Assembly: GCA_965223855.1 (NCBI GenBank)
Contig: CBDCXM010000009.1
Location: 1,152,001 to 1,216,000 of the forward strand
DNA length: 64,000 nt
Reading direction: 5' to 3'
DNA from: Candidatus Multivoradales bacterium
GTDB taxonomy: Bacteria; Acidobacteriota; Thermoanaerobaculia; Multivoradales; JAHEKO01
In this document: piece by piece, positions 29,812 to 39,163 of the stretch
Layout of the letters: every line of letters begins with the position of its first letter
Numbering within the stretch: the stretch's first letter is position 1
The notes under the pieces: model-generated
What the model saw: the letters and a program-made list of their open reading frames with translations, nothing else
Told to the model about the DNA's origin: nothing
The model's database searches: none
Made by a program: the position numbers and the translations under genes

Positions 29812-31017
29812 GTGTTTCTACTCGAGAACGCCGACGTCTATTCGCCCCGACCTCTGGGCCCGCAGTGGATCCTCGTTGCCGGCGAGAGGGTGGCGTGGAT
29901 GGGCGACTCTGCCCCCGACCTCGGCTCGCGGCTGGAGGTCGAACGGATCGATCTCGAGGGTCGACGACTGATCCCGGGGCTGATCGACGGCCACGTCCAC
30001 GTCACCGGTGGCGGTGGTGAGTCGGGGCCGGCGAGTCGCGTTCCGGCACCACCCCTGAGCGGCTACACCCTCGGCGGCGTGACGTCCGTCGTCGGTCTGC
30101 TGGGCACCGACGACCTCACCCGCACGACCGGCGACCTGGTGACGCGAGTCCGGGCGCTCGAGGAGGAAGGGCTCTCGGCGTGGTGCTACACCGGCGGCTA
30201 CCACTATCCGCCGACCACCCTGACCGGCTCGGTGCGCGGCGACATCGTCTACCTCGATCGGGTGATCGGGGTCGGCGAGCTGGCGATCTCCGACCACCGC
30301 TCGAGTCAGCCGTCGTTCGACGAGTTCCTGAGGGTCGCCGCCGACGCTCACGTCGGCGGGCTGATGACCGGCAAGGCGGGGACCCTGCATCTCCATCTCG
30401 GCGACGGCGAGCGCGGGCTCGAGCTCGTGCGACGCGCTCTCGCCGAGAGTGAGCTGCCGGCGCGGGTCTTCCATCCCACTCACGTCAACCGCCGCGACGC
30501 CCTGCTCGACGAGGCGTTCGCCATGGCGCAGCAGGGGGTGACGATCGACCTGACGGCGTTCCCGGTGGCGGACGACGAGGACGGCCGGACGGCCGCCGCC
30601 GCGCTCGGCGCCTATCTCGACGCCGGGCTGCCCGGCGAGCGGGTGACCGTGAGCTCGGATGGAGGCGGCTGTCTGCCGACCTTCGACGGCGACGGGCGGA
30701 TCGTCGAGATGGAGGTCGGCGACCCGGCGGCGATGCTCGGTGCTCTGGAGGCGCTGCTGATGGCGGGCCGCGCCCTCGAGGCCGTCCTCCCGGCTTTCAC
30801 CAGCAATGTCGCCGACCTGTTGCGGCTGCCCGGCAAGGGGCGGGTCGCGGTCGGGGACGACGCCGACTTCGTGGTGCTTGACGAGCACCACTGCGCTCGC
30901 GACGTGATGGCGCGCGGCCGCTGGCACGTGCGTGGCGGCGAGGCGGTGCGACGCGGTACTTTCGAGGGCGCTGTTTTCGAATCTCCGGCAACCCGCGATC
31001 CGAAGCCAGGATCGTGA
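29812..31017 (+). CDS. iadA: Isoaspartyl dipeptidase (beta-aspartyl peptidase)
   Basis: DGHVHVTGGGGE, GLLGTD, AISDHRSSQP, PTH, SSDG; TAGAAT -10-like hexamer at 29779-29784. Confidence 0.92.
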   Translation: MFLLENADVYSPRPLGPQWILVAGERVAWMGDSAPDLGSRLEVERIDLEGRRLIPGLIDGHVHVTGGGGESGPASRVPAPPLSGYTLGGVTSVVGLLGTDDLTRTTGDLVTRVRALEEEGLSAWCYTGGYHYPPTTLTGSVRGDIVYLDRVIGVGELAISDHRSSQPSFDEFLRVAADAHVGGLMTGKAGTLHLHLGDGERGLELVRRALAESELPARVFHPTHVNRRDALLDEAFAMAQQGVTIDLTAFPVADDEDGRTAAAALGAYLDAGLPGERVTVSSDGGGCLPTFDGDGRIVEMEVGDPAAMLGALEALLMAGRALEAVLPAFTSNVADLLRLPGKGRVAVGDDADFVVLDEHHCARDVMARGRWHVRGGEAVRRGTFEGAVFESPATRDPKPGS

Positions 31018-31030
31018 ACCGAGGTGTGAC

Positions 31031-31891
31031 ATGAGCGGTGGTTTGATCATTCCGATCGGCGGCGCCGAGGACCGGATGCGCGATCCTGCGATCCTGCAGA
31101 AGTTCGTCGACGTCTGCGGCGGCAGGGACGCCCGGATCGCCATCATCCCGACGGCCTCGAGCCTCCCCGAGACCGGCCCCGGCTACGAGAAGGTCTTCGA
31201 GGAACTCGGCGTGCGGCTGGTGCGCTCACTGCCGCTCGAGACGCGCGAGGACTGCAACGATCCGCGCTGGCTCGAACGGCTGGAACGCGCCGACGGCGTC
31301 TTCCTGACCGGCGGCAACCAGTTGAAGCTCTCGACCACCATCGGCGGCACCGAAGTGGCTCGGACCCTCAGGCGGCGCAATGCCGAAGAGGGGCTCCACG
31401 TCGCCGGCACCTCGGCCGGCGCGGCGATCCTCTCCGAGCACATGATCGCGTTCGGCGACGAGGGGTCGACCCCGCACGCCGACATGGTGACGCTGGCGCC
31501 CGGTATCGGGCTCACCCAGAGGGTGATCATCGATCAGCACTTCCGCCAGCGCGACCGGCTGGGGCGACTGCTGACCGCACTGGCCTTCAATCCGCGCGGC
31601 ATCGGCATCGGGCTCGACGAGGACACCGCCGCCTTCCTCTCTCCCGACGGCCTGCTGAAGGTGCGCGGCAGCGGCGCGATCACGGTCGTCGATCCCTCGG
31701 AGCTGGAGTTCTCGTCGATGGATTCGGCGAAACGGCTCGAGCCGGTGTGCATGCTCAACGTGCGGCTTCACATCCTGATCGAGGGGGCGACCTACGACAT
31801 CCCGTCGCGCAGCGCCGCGCCGCCGCCCGCACTCCAGCCGGAGGAGACGCCGTCGAAGGAGCCCGCGCCGAAGGAGGCGGTCACGCCATGA
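31031..31891 (+). CDS. cphB: Cyanophycinase (intracellular)
   Basis: IGGAED, TGGNQ, GTSAGA (Ser), IDQHF (His), GLDEDT (Glu); no signal peptide. Confidence 0.93.
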   Translation: MSGGLIIPIGGAEDRMRDPAILQKFVDVCGGRDARIAIIPTASSLPETGPGYEKVFEELGVRLVRSLPLETREDCNDPRWLERLERADGVFLTGGNQLKLSTTIGGTEVARTLRRRNAEEGLHVAGTSAGAAILSEHMIAFGDEGSTPHADMVTLAPGIGLTQRVIIDQHFRQRDRLGRLLTALAFNPRGIGIGLDEDTAAFLSPDGLLKVRGSGAITVVDPSELEFSSMDSAKRLEPVCMLNVRLHILIEGATYDIPSRSAAPPPALQPEETPSKEPAPKEAVTP

Positions 31892-34683
31892 AGGTCCTGT
31901 CGCGAGCGGTCTACCTCGGGCCGAGCCTCTACGCCCACTTCCCGGTCATCCGGCTGACCCTCGACCTCGAGGAGCTAGAGGAGTGGCCGAGCGGGCGACT
32001 CGGCGCCGAGTTCAACGACCGGCTGCTCGAAGCGCTCCCGGGCCTGGGTCAGCACGGCTGCTCCTACCGAGAGCCGGGGGGTTTCGTCCGCCGGCTCACC
32101 GAGGGCGACGGCACCTGGATGGGGCACATCCTCGAGCACGTGGCGATCGAGCTGCAGAACGTCGCCGGGTCCGCCGTCACGTTCGGCAAGACCCGTGGGA
32201 CCGGCAATCCGCGGGAGTACGACGTCGTCTACCAGTATCTCGATCGCGACGTCGGCCTCGAGGCGGGCAGCCTGGCGATGGAGCTGCTCGAGAGTCTGTT
32301 GCCGGACGAGGTTCGTCCCGCCTCGACCGACCCCGACGGATTCAACTGGGACGACACCCGGGATCGCTTCATCCGCTCTACCCAGCGCCGCGCGCTCGGC
32401 CCGAGCACCGCGTCGATCGTCAAGGCGGCGGAGGAGCGCGACATCCCGTGGCTGCGGCTCAACCGCTACAGCCTGGTGCAGCTCGGTCACGGTGCCTACA
32501 GCCGCCGCATCCAGGCGACGGTGACCGGCGAGACCAAGCACATCGCCGTGGAGCTCGCCTCCGACAAGGAGGAGACCAACAAGATCCTCGCCGATCTCGG
32601 CCTGCCGGTGCCGCGTCAGGAGATGGTCTACGACGAGCGCGACGCCGTTCGAGCGGCGGAGCGCATCGGTTACCCGGTGGTCGTCAAGCCGCTCAACGCC
32701 AACCACGGCCGCGGCGTGTCGATCAACCTGACCGACCGCGAGTCGGTCGCCGTGGGATTCGCCAAGGCGCGCGAGCACAGCCGCGCGGTGCTGGTGGAGA
32801 GCTTCATCACCGGGCTCGACCACCGGCTGCTGGTGGTCAACGGCGAGCTGATCGCCGCCTCGAAGCGGGTCCCGGGCCACGTCGTCGGCGACGGCGAGCA
32901 CACGATCGAGCAGCTGGTGGAGATCGTCAACAGCGACCCGCGGCGCGGCGTCGGCCACGAGAAGGTTCTCACCCGGCTCGAGTTCGACCATCAGGCGGAA
33001 CGGCTCCTGGCGCTCAACGGCCTCGACCACACCAGTGTGCCGGCGGAAGGCGATGTCGTCTTCCTGCGCAAGACCGCCAATCTCTCGACCGGCGGCACGG
33101 CGATCGACGTCACCGACATCATCCATCCCGACAATCGCGAGATGGCGATCCGGGCGGCCCGCGCGATCGGGCTCGACTGCGCCGGCATCGACTTCCTGAC
33201 CGACGACATCTCGCAGTCGTTCCAGGAGAACGGCGGCGCGATCTGCGAGGTCAACGCGGCACCCGGCTTCCGCATGCATGTCGCTCCCAGCGAGGGGCAG
33301 CCGCGGGATGCCGCCGGCCCGGTGATCGACATGCTCTTCCCGCCGGGGACGCCGTCGCGGATCCCTATCGCCTCGATCACCGGCACCAACGGCAAGACGA
33401 CGACCAGCCGCATGACCGCGCACGTCCTCAAGATGAGCGGCAAGCGGGTCGGGCTGACGACTTCGGACGGCGTCTACATCGACGGCTACCGCACCGTGGC
33501 GGGCGACATGACCGGACCGACCGCCGCCCGCATGGTGCTGCGCGACGCGACCTGCGACGTCGCCGTGCTGGAGACCGCGCGCGGCGGCCTGCTGCGTGCC
33601 GGGATGGGCTACCGGCGCAACAACGTCGGCGCGGTGCTCAACGTCGCTGCCGATCATCTGGGCTTGAAAGGGATCGAGACGGTCGAGGAGCTGGCGCGGG
33701 TCAAGCGGATCGTCGTCGAGGTCTCCCGCGACACGGCGGTGCTCAACGCCGACGATCCGCTGTGTCTCAAGATGGCGGACTACACGAGGGCCGATCATCT
33801 CTGCTACGTGACGATGAACCCGCGCCACCCGCTGGTGCGCGAGCACATCAACGCCGACGGCCGCGCCGTGGTCCTCGAAGAGGGGATGAACGGCCACATG
33901 ATCACGATCTACGACGGCGGCACCCACATCCCGCTCCTGTGGACTCACCTCATCCCGGCGACGGTCGAAGGCAAGGCGCTCCACAACGTGCAGAACGCGA
34001 TGTTCGCCGCGGCGATCACGTACTCGATGGGCGTCGGTCTCGACGACATCCGCCAGGGGTTGAGGACCTTCGACACCAGCTACTTCCAGGCGCCGGGGCG
34101 GCTCAACATCTACAACGAGCACCCGTTCAAGGTGATCCTCGACTACGCGCACAACCCGCATGCGGTGCAGGCGATCGTGCGGCTGTGCGACCAGCTCGAC
34201 GTCGAGGGATCGAAGCGCTGCGTGCTGGCGGCGCCGGGCGATCGGCGCGACGAGGACATCGACGAGATCGCGACGATCTGTGCCGGGCACTTCGACCGCT
34301 ACATCGTCAAGCGCGACGACGATGCGCGCGGCCGCGGACCGACCGAGGTGCCGGAGCGGCTCCACAGAGCGCTCGTCGCGGCGGGGGTCGACGAAGCGGC
34401 GATCGAGATCATTGTCGACGAGAAGGAGGCGATCCATACCGCCCTCAAGCGCTCGCAGCACGGCGACTTGCTCCTCATCCTCGGCGACAAGATCAACCGT
34501 TGCTGGAAGCAGATCACCACCTTCTCGCCCGACCTGGAGATGCCTCCCGAGGAAGAGGTGGCGCCGCCACCCAAGGCGGCCGCCCCGGTCGACGATCTGC
34601 CCGAGCTCGACCTGCCGCCGATCGACGACCTGATTCGCGACGAGCGGGGCGTGCGCCTGGCGCGCGAGGAAGAGAACGACTGA
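31888..34683 (+). CDS. cphA: Cyanophycin synthetase CphA1
   Basis: N domain C..GGF..GTWMGHILEH; ATP-grasp VVKP, ANLSTGG, EVNAAPG; Mur domain TGTNGKTT, LETARGG, DHLG, DYAHN. Confidence 0.95.
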   Translation: MKVLSRAVYLGPSLYAHFPVIRLTLDLEELEEWPSGRLGAEFNDRLLEALPGLGQHGCSYREPGGFVRRLTEGDGTWMGHILEHVAIELQNVAGSAVTFGKTRGTGNPREYDVVYQYLDRDVGLEAGSLAMELLESLLPDEVRPASTDPDGFNWDDTRDRFIRSTQRRALGPSTASIVKAAEERDIPWLRLNRYSLVQLGHGAYSRRIQATVTGETKHIAVELASDKEETNKILADLGLPVPRQEMVYDERDAVRAAERIGYPVVVKPLNANHGRGVSINLTDRESVAVGFAKAREHSRAVLVESFITGLDHRLLVVNGELIAASKRVPGHVVGDGEHTIEQLVEIVNSDPRRGVGHEKVLTRLEFDHQAERLLALNGLDHTSVPAEGDVVFLRKTANLSTGGTAIDVTDIIHPDNREMAIRAARAIGLDCAGIDFLTDDISQSFQENGGAICEVNAAPGFRMHVAPSEGQPRDAAGPVIDMLFPPGTPSRIPIASITGTNGKTTTSRMTAHVLKMSGKRVGLTTSDGVYIDGYRTVAGDMTGPTAARMVLRDATCDVAVLETARGGLLRAGMGYRRNNVGAVLNVAADHLGLKGIETVEELARVKRIVVEVSRDTAVLNADDPLCLKMADYTRADHLCYVTMNPRHPLVREHINADGRAVVLEEGMNGHMITIYDGGTHIPLLWTHLIPATVEGKALHNVQNAMFAAAITYSMGVGLDDIRQGLRTFDTSYFQAPGRLNIYNEHPFKVILDYAHNPHAVQAIVRLCDQLDVEGSKRCVLAAPGDRRDEDIDEIATICAGHFDRYIVKRDDDARGRGPTEVPERLHRALVAAGVDEAAIEIIVDEKEAIHTALKRSQHGDLLLILGDKINRCWKQITTFSPDLEMPPEEEVAPPPKAAAPVDDLPELDLPPIDDLIRDERGVRLAREEEND

Positions 34684-34696
34684 CGGGGTTCCGCTC

Positions 34697-36382
34697 TTGG
34701 AAGTCCGCGACAGCCGCCGCCTGACCGGCCCCAACATCGTCTCCGACGGTCCGGCTGCGGTCTTGGACGTCGTGCGCGGCGAGGGTGACGACGCCGAGGC
34801 TGCGATCGCCGCCTGGCGATCGCAGCTCGAGCGGATGCTCATGGCGGTCGGCTGGCAGGGAGCCCAGACCTTCACCCGGATCTTCCACGGCGGCCTGAGC
34901 GTCGCCTTCGCCGCCCCGATCGACGCCCTCTACGCCGCCACCGAGGTCAACGAATGGGCGTGGGCCGCCGCGGTCGAGGAGCTGGGTGGCGACCCGGCGC
35001 CGGAGTTCGAGGCGGAGGCGGAGCGGCTGCGCGCCGAGATCGCGGGCGAGCTGAATCCGCCGGTCCTCGCGCTCCAGAAGGCAGCCGCCGTGCACGGGGT
35101 CCAGTTCCTGTGGGACGACGACTTCGTCTCGGTCGGCCTCGGCTCCGGTTCGCGAACCTGGAAGGTGTCCGGCGTGCCCGACCCGGGCGACGTCGACTGG
35201 GCGTCGGTTCACGATGTCCCGGTGGCTCAGGTGACCGGAACCAACGGCAAGACGACCACGGTGCGGCTCCTCGCTGCGATGGTGCGTGCCGCCGGCAAGG
35301 TCCCCGGCGTTTCGTCGACCGACTGGATCGCCGCGGGTGACGAGCTGCTCGATCGGGGCGACTACTCCGGCCCCGGGGGAGCGCGCCAGGTGCTGCGCGA
35401 CCGCCGGGTCGAATGCGCAATCCTCGAGACCGCGCGCGGCGGGATGCTGCGACGAGGGCTGGCGGTGGAGGCGACCGACGTCGCGCTGGTCAACAACATC
35501 GCGGAGGATCATCTCGGCGAGTTCGGCGTCCACGACCTCGACGCGCTGGCCGAGTGCAAGTTCATCGTCTCCCGGGCGGCGCGGCACATGGTGCTCAATG
35601 CCGATGACCCGGTGGTGCGGCGGCACGGCGAGGCGGTCGAGCAGCCGATTACCTGGTTCTCGCTGGATCGAGAGAACCCGCTCATCATCGCCCATCGCGA
35701 GCGCGGCGGTTCGACGTGCGTCCTCGAGTGGGGGCGGATCGTACTGGCGCAGGGAGACGACAAGGTGGCGGTCGCGGAGGTCGCCGAGGTTCCGGTGACC
35801 CTCGGCGGGGCGGCACGTCACAACGTCGCCAACGTTCTCGCTGCGACGGCGGTCGCGCAGCAGCTCGGCCTTTCCGTGCGCGCGATCGGCGAGGGGTTGC
35901 GCAACTTCGAGAGCACTCCCGACACCAACCCCGGCCGCCTCAACGAGTTCGAGGTCGGCGGTGCGCGGGTCATCGTCGACTTCGCCCACAACCCACACGG
36001 CGTCGAGGCGCTGCTCGAGATGGCGGCGGCACTGCCTGGCAAACGGCGGTTGATCACGATCGGCCAGGCGGGGGATCGCGACGACGACTCGATTCGCGAT
36101 CTCGCCCGGGCGACCTGGAAGGCGGCGCCCGACCGCGTGCTGATCAAGGCGATGACCGCCTATCTCCGAGGCCGCGAGGAGGGCGAGATCCCGGCGATGC
36201 TCGAGGCCGAGATGCGCGCGCACGGCGCGACCGACGCGCATCTGGTGCACACCGGGGACGAGCTCGACACGGCGCGCGCCGCTCTCGACTGGGCCGAGAA
36301 GGGCGATCTCGTGCTCCTGATAGTCCACTCCGATCGCGAGCGGGTGGTCGAGTTCCTGCGCGAGCAGGCTAACGAACGGTGA
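34697..36382 (+). CDS. CphA-like Mur ligase family protein lacking the ATP-grasp domain
   Basis: RLTGPN N-terminus, TGTNGKTT, LETARGG, EDHLG, NADDP, PGRLN, DFAHN; TTG start. Confidence 0.85.
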   Translation: MEVRDSRRLTGPNIVSDGPAAVLDVVRGEGDDAEAAIAAWRSQLERMLMAVGWQGAQTFTRIFHGGLSVAFAAPIDALYAATEVNEWAWAAAVEELGGDPAPEFEAEAERLRAEIAGELNPPVLALQKAAAVHGVQFLWDDDFVSVGLGSGSRTWKVSGVPDPGDVDWASVHDVPVAQVTGTNGKTTTVRLLAAMVRAAGKVPGVSSTDWIAAGDELLDRGDYSGPGGARQVLRDRRVECAILETARGGMLRRGLAVEATDVALVNNIAEDHLGEFGVHDLDALAECKFIVSRAARHMVLNADDPVVRRHGEAVEQPITWFSLDRENPLIIAHRERGGSTCVLEWGRIVLAQGDDKVAVAEVAEVPVTLGGAARHNVANVLAATAVAQQLGLSVRAIGEGLRNFESTPDTNPGRLNEFEVGGARVIVDFAHNPHGVEALLEMAAALPGKRRLITIGQAGDRDDDSIRDLARATWKAAPDRVLIKAMTAYLRGREEGEIPAMLEAEMRAHGATDAHLVHTGDELDTARAALDWAEKGDLVLLIVHSDRERVVEFLREQANER

Positions 36383-37571
36383 CGAGGTCGAGTCCGACGG
36401 CTCGTGCATGCCGGTCGAGGGCGACGTCGATCGCCCGGTCCTCACGCGCGCCGCAGCCGTCCTCGAGGTAGCGCGCCAGCGTCGCGATCGTTCCCGCGCG
36501 CCGGTCGGCCTTGAGATCGACCCGCCCGACCAGCCGTTCGCCGGCGAGCACCGGCAGGCAGTAGTAGCCCCACCGCCGCTGGTGAGCCGGCTTGAAGATC
36601 TCGAGCACCTGTTCGAAGCCGAACAGCAGCTTCGTGCGCTCCCGGTCCCACAGTGCCGGGTCGAAGGGGGAAAGGAGAACTCCCCGGTCGCTCCGCGGGC
36701 GCAGCGTCGCGGCCCGCTCGGCGAGGTCGAGATCCCGAGGCCGGATCCACCCCGCCTGCCGCTTGCCCTGAGGGAGCTGCAGGCTGCAGGGGACGACTCG
36801 ACCCTCCGACTCCAGTTCGGCCAGGGCGGCGTCGATCTCGGCAGTGAGATTGCTCAGCCTCCAGGTGCGGGCGAGGGTCCCCCGGGTCGCCCATCCGTGG
36901 CCGGCGAGCGCGCGCTCGAGGAGGACCTTGAGGCCCCGATGGCGATCGAGCGGCCGCCGTCGGATCTCCTCGGGGATGACCCGCTCGGCGAGGTCGAAGG
37001 AGCGCTGGAAACTGCGGCGCTCGCTGACGGCGAGCACACCGTTCGACCAGTAGGCGCGCAGTACCCGCTTGGCGGCCTTGGGATACCAGCCGCTCCCAGC
37101 GGGTGTCTCCCCCTCGAAGTCGGCGGATCGCAGCGGGCCCTCGTGCTCGATCCGATCGAGCACCTCGCGAGCCAGCGCCGGGTCCTTGCCGACGACGTCG
37201 CCGTACCAGGGGTCGTACTCGAAGTCGCCGCGCCGGAACTCGAACGCCGGGTAGAGCTCCATCGGCAGCCAGCACGCCTCGTGGGCCCAGTACTCGAAGA
37301 CCGGCTCGCCCGGCCGCAGCAGCGCCTCGCCGAAGTCCGGGTCGATTCCCTCGAAGCGCGACAGCAGCACCAGCACGTGACTGCGCGCCCCGGCGACGCC
37401 GACGGTGTCGAGTTGCAGATAGCCGAAGCGCCGCAGCAGCCGGTGAGCCGCGCGCCGTGCGCGCTTGCCGCCGCCCCTCGCCCGTCGCGGCAGACCGGTC
37501 CACTCCGGCTTGACCAGCCCGCCCCGGACGAGCGCCAGCCTGCGGGCGCGGCGGACGTCGATCGAGTTCAA
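36369..37571 (-). CDS. ycaQ: YcaQ/AlkZ (HTH_42) crosslink-repair DNA glycosylase
   Basis: LQLDTV (QxD), EYWAHEAC, LSPFDP, EIFKP..RRWGYY.LPVL, GRVDLKADR. Confidence 0.85.
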   Translation of the reverse strand: MNSIDVRRARRLALVRGGLVKPEWTGLPRRARGGGKRARRAAHRLLRRFGYLQLDTVGVAGARSHVLVLLSRFEGIDPDFGEALLRPGEPVFEYWAHEACWLPMELYPAFEFRRGDFEYDPWYGDVVGKDPALAREVLDRIEHEGPLRSADFEGETPAGSGWYPKAAKRVLRAYWSNGVLAVSERRSFQRSFDLAERVIPEEIRRRPLDRHRGLKVLLERALAGHGWATRGTLARTWRLSNLTAEIDAALAELESEGRVVPCSLQLPQGKRQAGWIRPRDLDLAERAATLRPRSDRGVLLSPFDPALWDRERTKLLFGFEQVLEIFKPAHQRRWGYYCLPVLAGERLVGRVDLKADRRAGTIATLARYLEDGCGAREDRAIDVALDRHARAVGLDLVTVR

Positions 37572-38311
37572 CTGCGCTCGCGCCCGGCCGGCGGCCGGCG
37601 CCGTGCCGAGCGGCGGCCGAAGATCGGCATGACGATCGCCAGCAGCGAGTAGGTCCAGCCAGGCAGGGCGAGCGCCGCCCACCGCTCGGGGAGGACGATC
37701 GCCAGCAGCATCGAGGCGACCCCGGCACCACCGACGATCGACCACGCCACGATCTCCGCGCGGGTCTCGTGGCGTTCGAGCGCGTCGAGCCCAAGAGCAT
37801 TCCGTAAGCGCCAGGCGTGCAGGTTGAGCAGCAGGATCGAAGCACACATGGCGACGAAGCCGGCGCCGTAGATCAGGAACATCTGATTGACCTGTGCCGC
37901 CGACTCGATGCCGGAGCGCCCGCGATCGCTGCCGAGGAGGAGAGAGAACTGATCCGCCATCGCTCCCGACATGAAACGCAGCGGGTAGACATAGACCAGG
38001 ACCGTGAAGACCAGCAGGCAGCTCAGCAGGATGGTCGGCGTGTCGTCGAGGCCGAAGCGGCGGCTCCAGTTGTGGTGGGCTGTCCAGAACATCATCAGCA
38101 GCACCGCGCTGAAGAGGAACGGCGGGATCTCCCACATCACCGCGACCAGGCCTGCGTAGTCATCCGGAACGTCGGTCGCCAGGACGAGAAGCGTCAGCGC
38201 GAAGGCGAACGCCGCGTCGGTGAAGGTCTCGATGCGGGTGGTGGCGAGGCCGCGCAGGCGGAAGCCGTCGCGGGTCGGCAGGTCGGCGAGCTGGCGATCG
38301 GTGAGGCTCAC
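37568..38311 (-). CDS. TMEM175/DUF1211 family membrane protein (K+ channel-like)
   Basis: RIETFTDAAFAFALTLL (RxxxFSD variant), FW.AH, about six TMs. Confidence 0.8.
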   Translation of the reverse strand: MSLTDRQLADLPTRDGFRLRGLATTRIETFTDAAFAFALTLLVLATDVPDDYAGLVAVMWEIPPFLFSAVLLMMFWTAHHNWSRRFGLDDTPTILLSCLLVFTVLVYVYPLRFMSGAMADQFSLLLGSDRGRSGIESAAQVNQMFLIYGAGFVAMCASILLLNLHAWRLRNALGLDALERHETRAEIVAWSIVGGAGVASMLLAIVLPERWAALALPGWTYSLLAIVMPIFGRRSARRRPPAGRERS

Positions 38312-38434
38312 TGGAACCGAAGGATCATACCGGCGAAGTGACGGACGGCACGGTTTCGGAGACCTCTTCCCCTCAGGTAGGGTTGGGGGAAGTGCACGAA
38401 TGAAAGATCGACAAGGTTCGAGATGGGGATCCCG

Positions 38435-39073
38435 ATGAGGTTCTACCGAACTGCTGCGCTCGCCACCCTCTCGCTGGCCGGAGTTCTGGCCAGTGCCGAG
38501 ACGGAGGGTCGAGAACGCCGCCAGCGCGGTGAGCGGGTCGGAGCTCCGATCCGGGGTCTGGAACGGGCGGAACGCTTCGAGGGCGGCGGTCTGGTGCAGT
38601 ACGACCCTGGTCTCCCAGACGGTACTCGTTTCACCGATCAGGGCTTCAGTTGGCTGGGCAACCTCTTCGACACTCGGAGCGGTTCGCCGCTGGGACCAGG
38701 CACGATAACCCAGATTCAGTGGTACAACGGTCAAACCAACCCGACCGACAACTATCTCGTGATCTTCCCGCAGTCCGGTCCCGACTACGGTGGTTTCGTG
38801 GGGTCCGTCGACAGCTTTGCTTTCAACACCTATAACCTCATCCATGGGCCCGTGACGGCGCCGGTTTTCGTCGGGTTCTACGCGGCCGACCAACCGGCCA
38901 CGCCGGTCAGCCTCGGTTACGCCAATGGCAGCTACAACGGCCAGGGCTTCCATGCATCGCAACGGACGTTCTTCGACAGTGCGGGCGAGACCATCCCTGG
39001 AATGAACATCGTGCTGCGCATCTCCGGAAGTCTCATCATTCCGGTGGAGTTGCTCGAGTTCGAGGTCGAGTAG
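38435..39073 (+). CDS. Secreted hypothetical protein with C-terminal PVELLEFEVE motif
   Basis: Signal peptide, Asn/Gly/Phe-rich beta domain, visibly lower GC than neighbours. Confidence 0.7.
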   Translation: MRFYRTAALATLSLAGVLASAETEGRERRQRGERVGAPIRGLERAERFEGGGLVQYDPGLPDGTRFTDQGFSWLGNLFDTRSGSPLGPGTITQIQWYNGQTNPTDNYLVIFPQSGPDYGGFVGSVDSFAFNTYNLIHGPVTAPVFVGFYAADQPATPVSLGYANGSYNGQGFHASQRTFFDSAGETIPGMNIVLRISGSLIIPVELLEFEVE

Positions 39074-39163
39074 TCGTGATCCCGGGCAGCGAGGCTTGCG
39101 GTGACGGGGAACCGCGGGAGGTGAGCAGCTGCCTCCAGAACCCCCGGTAGTAAACTCCTCGAC

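Noticed and set aside
35306-35313. GGCGTTTC inside the Mur-like gene
   Set aside because: Intragenic, with no GTGCG at the 14-nt spacing, so not counted as a promoter copy.
34697-36382. Pseudogene interpretation of the short CphA paralog
   Set aside because: The 561-aa frame is intact, all Mur motifs are preserved, and the sequence is strongly diverged from the adjacent cphA.
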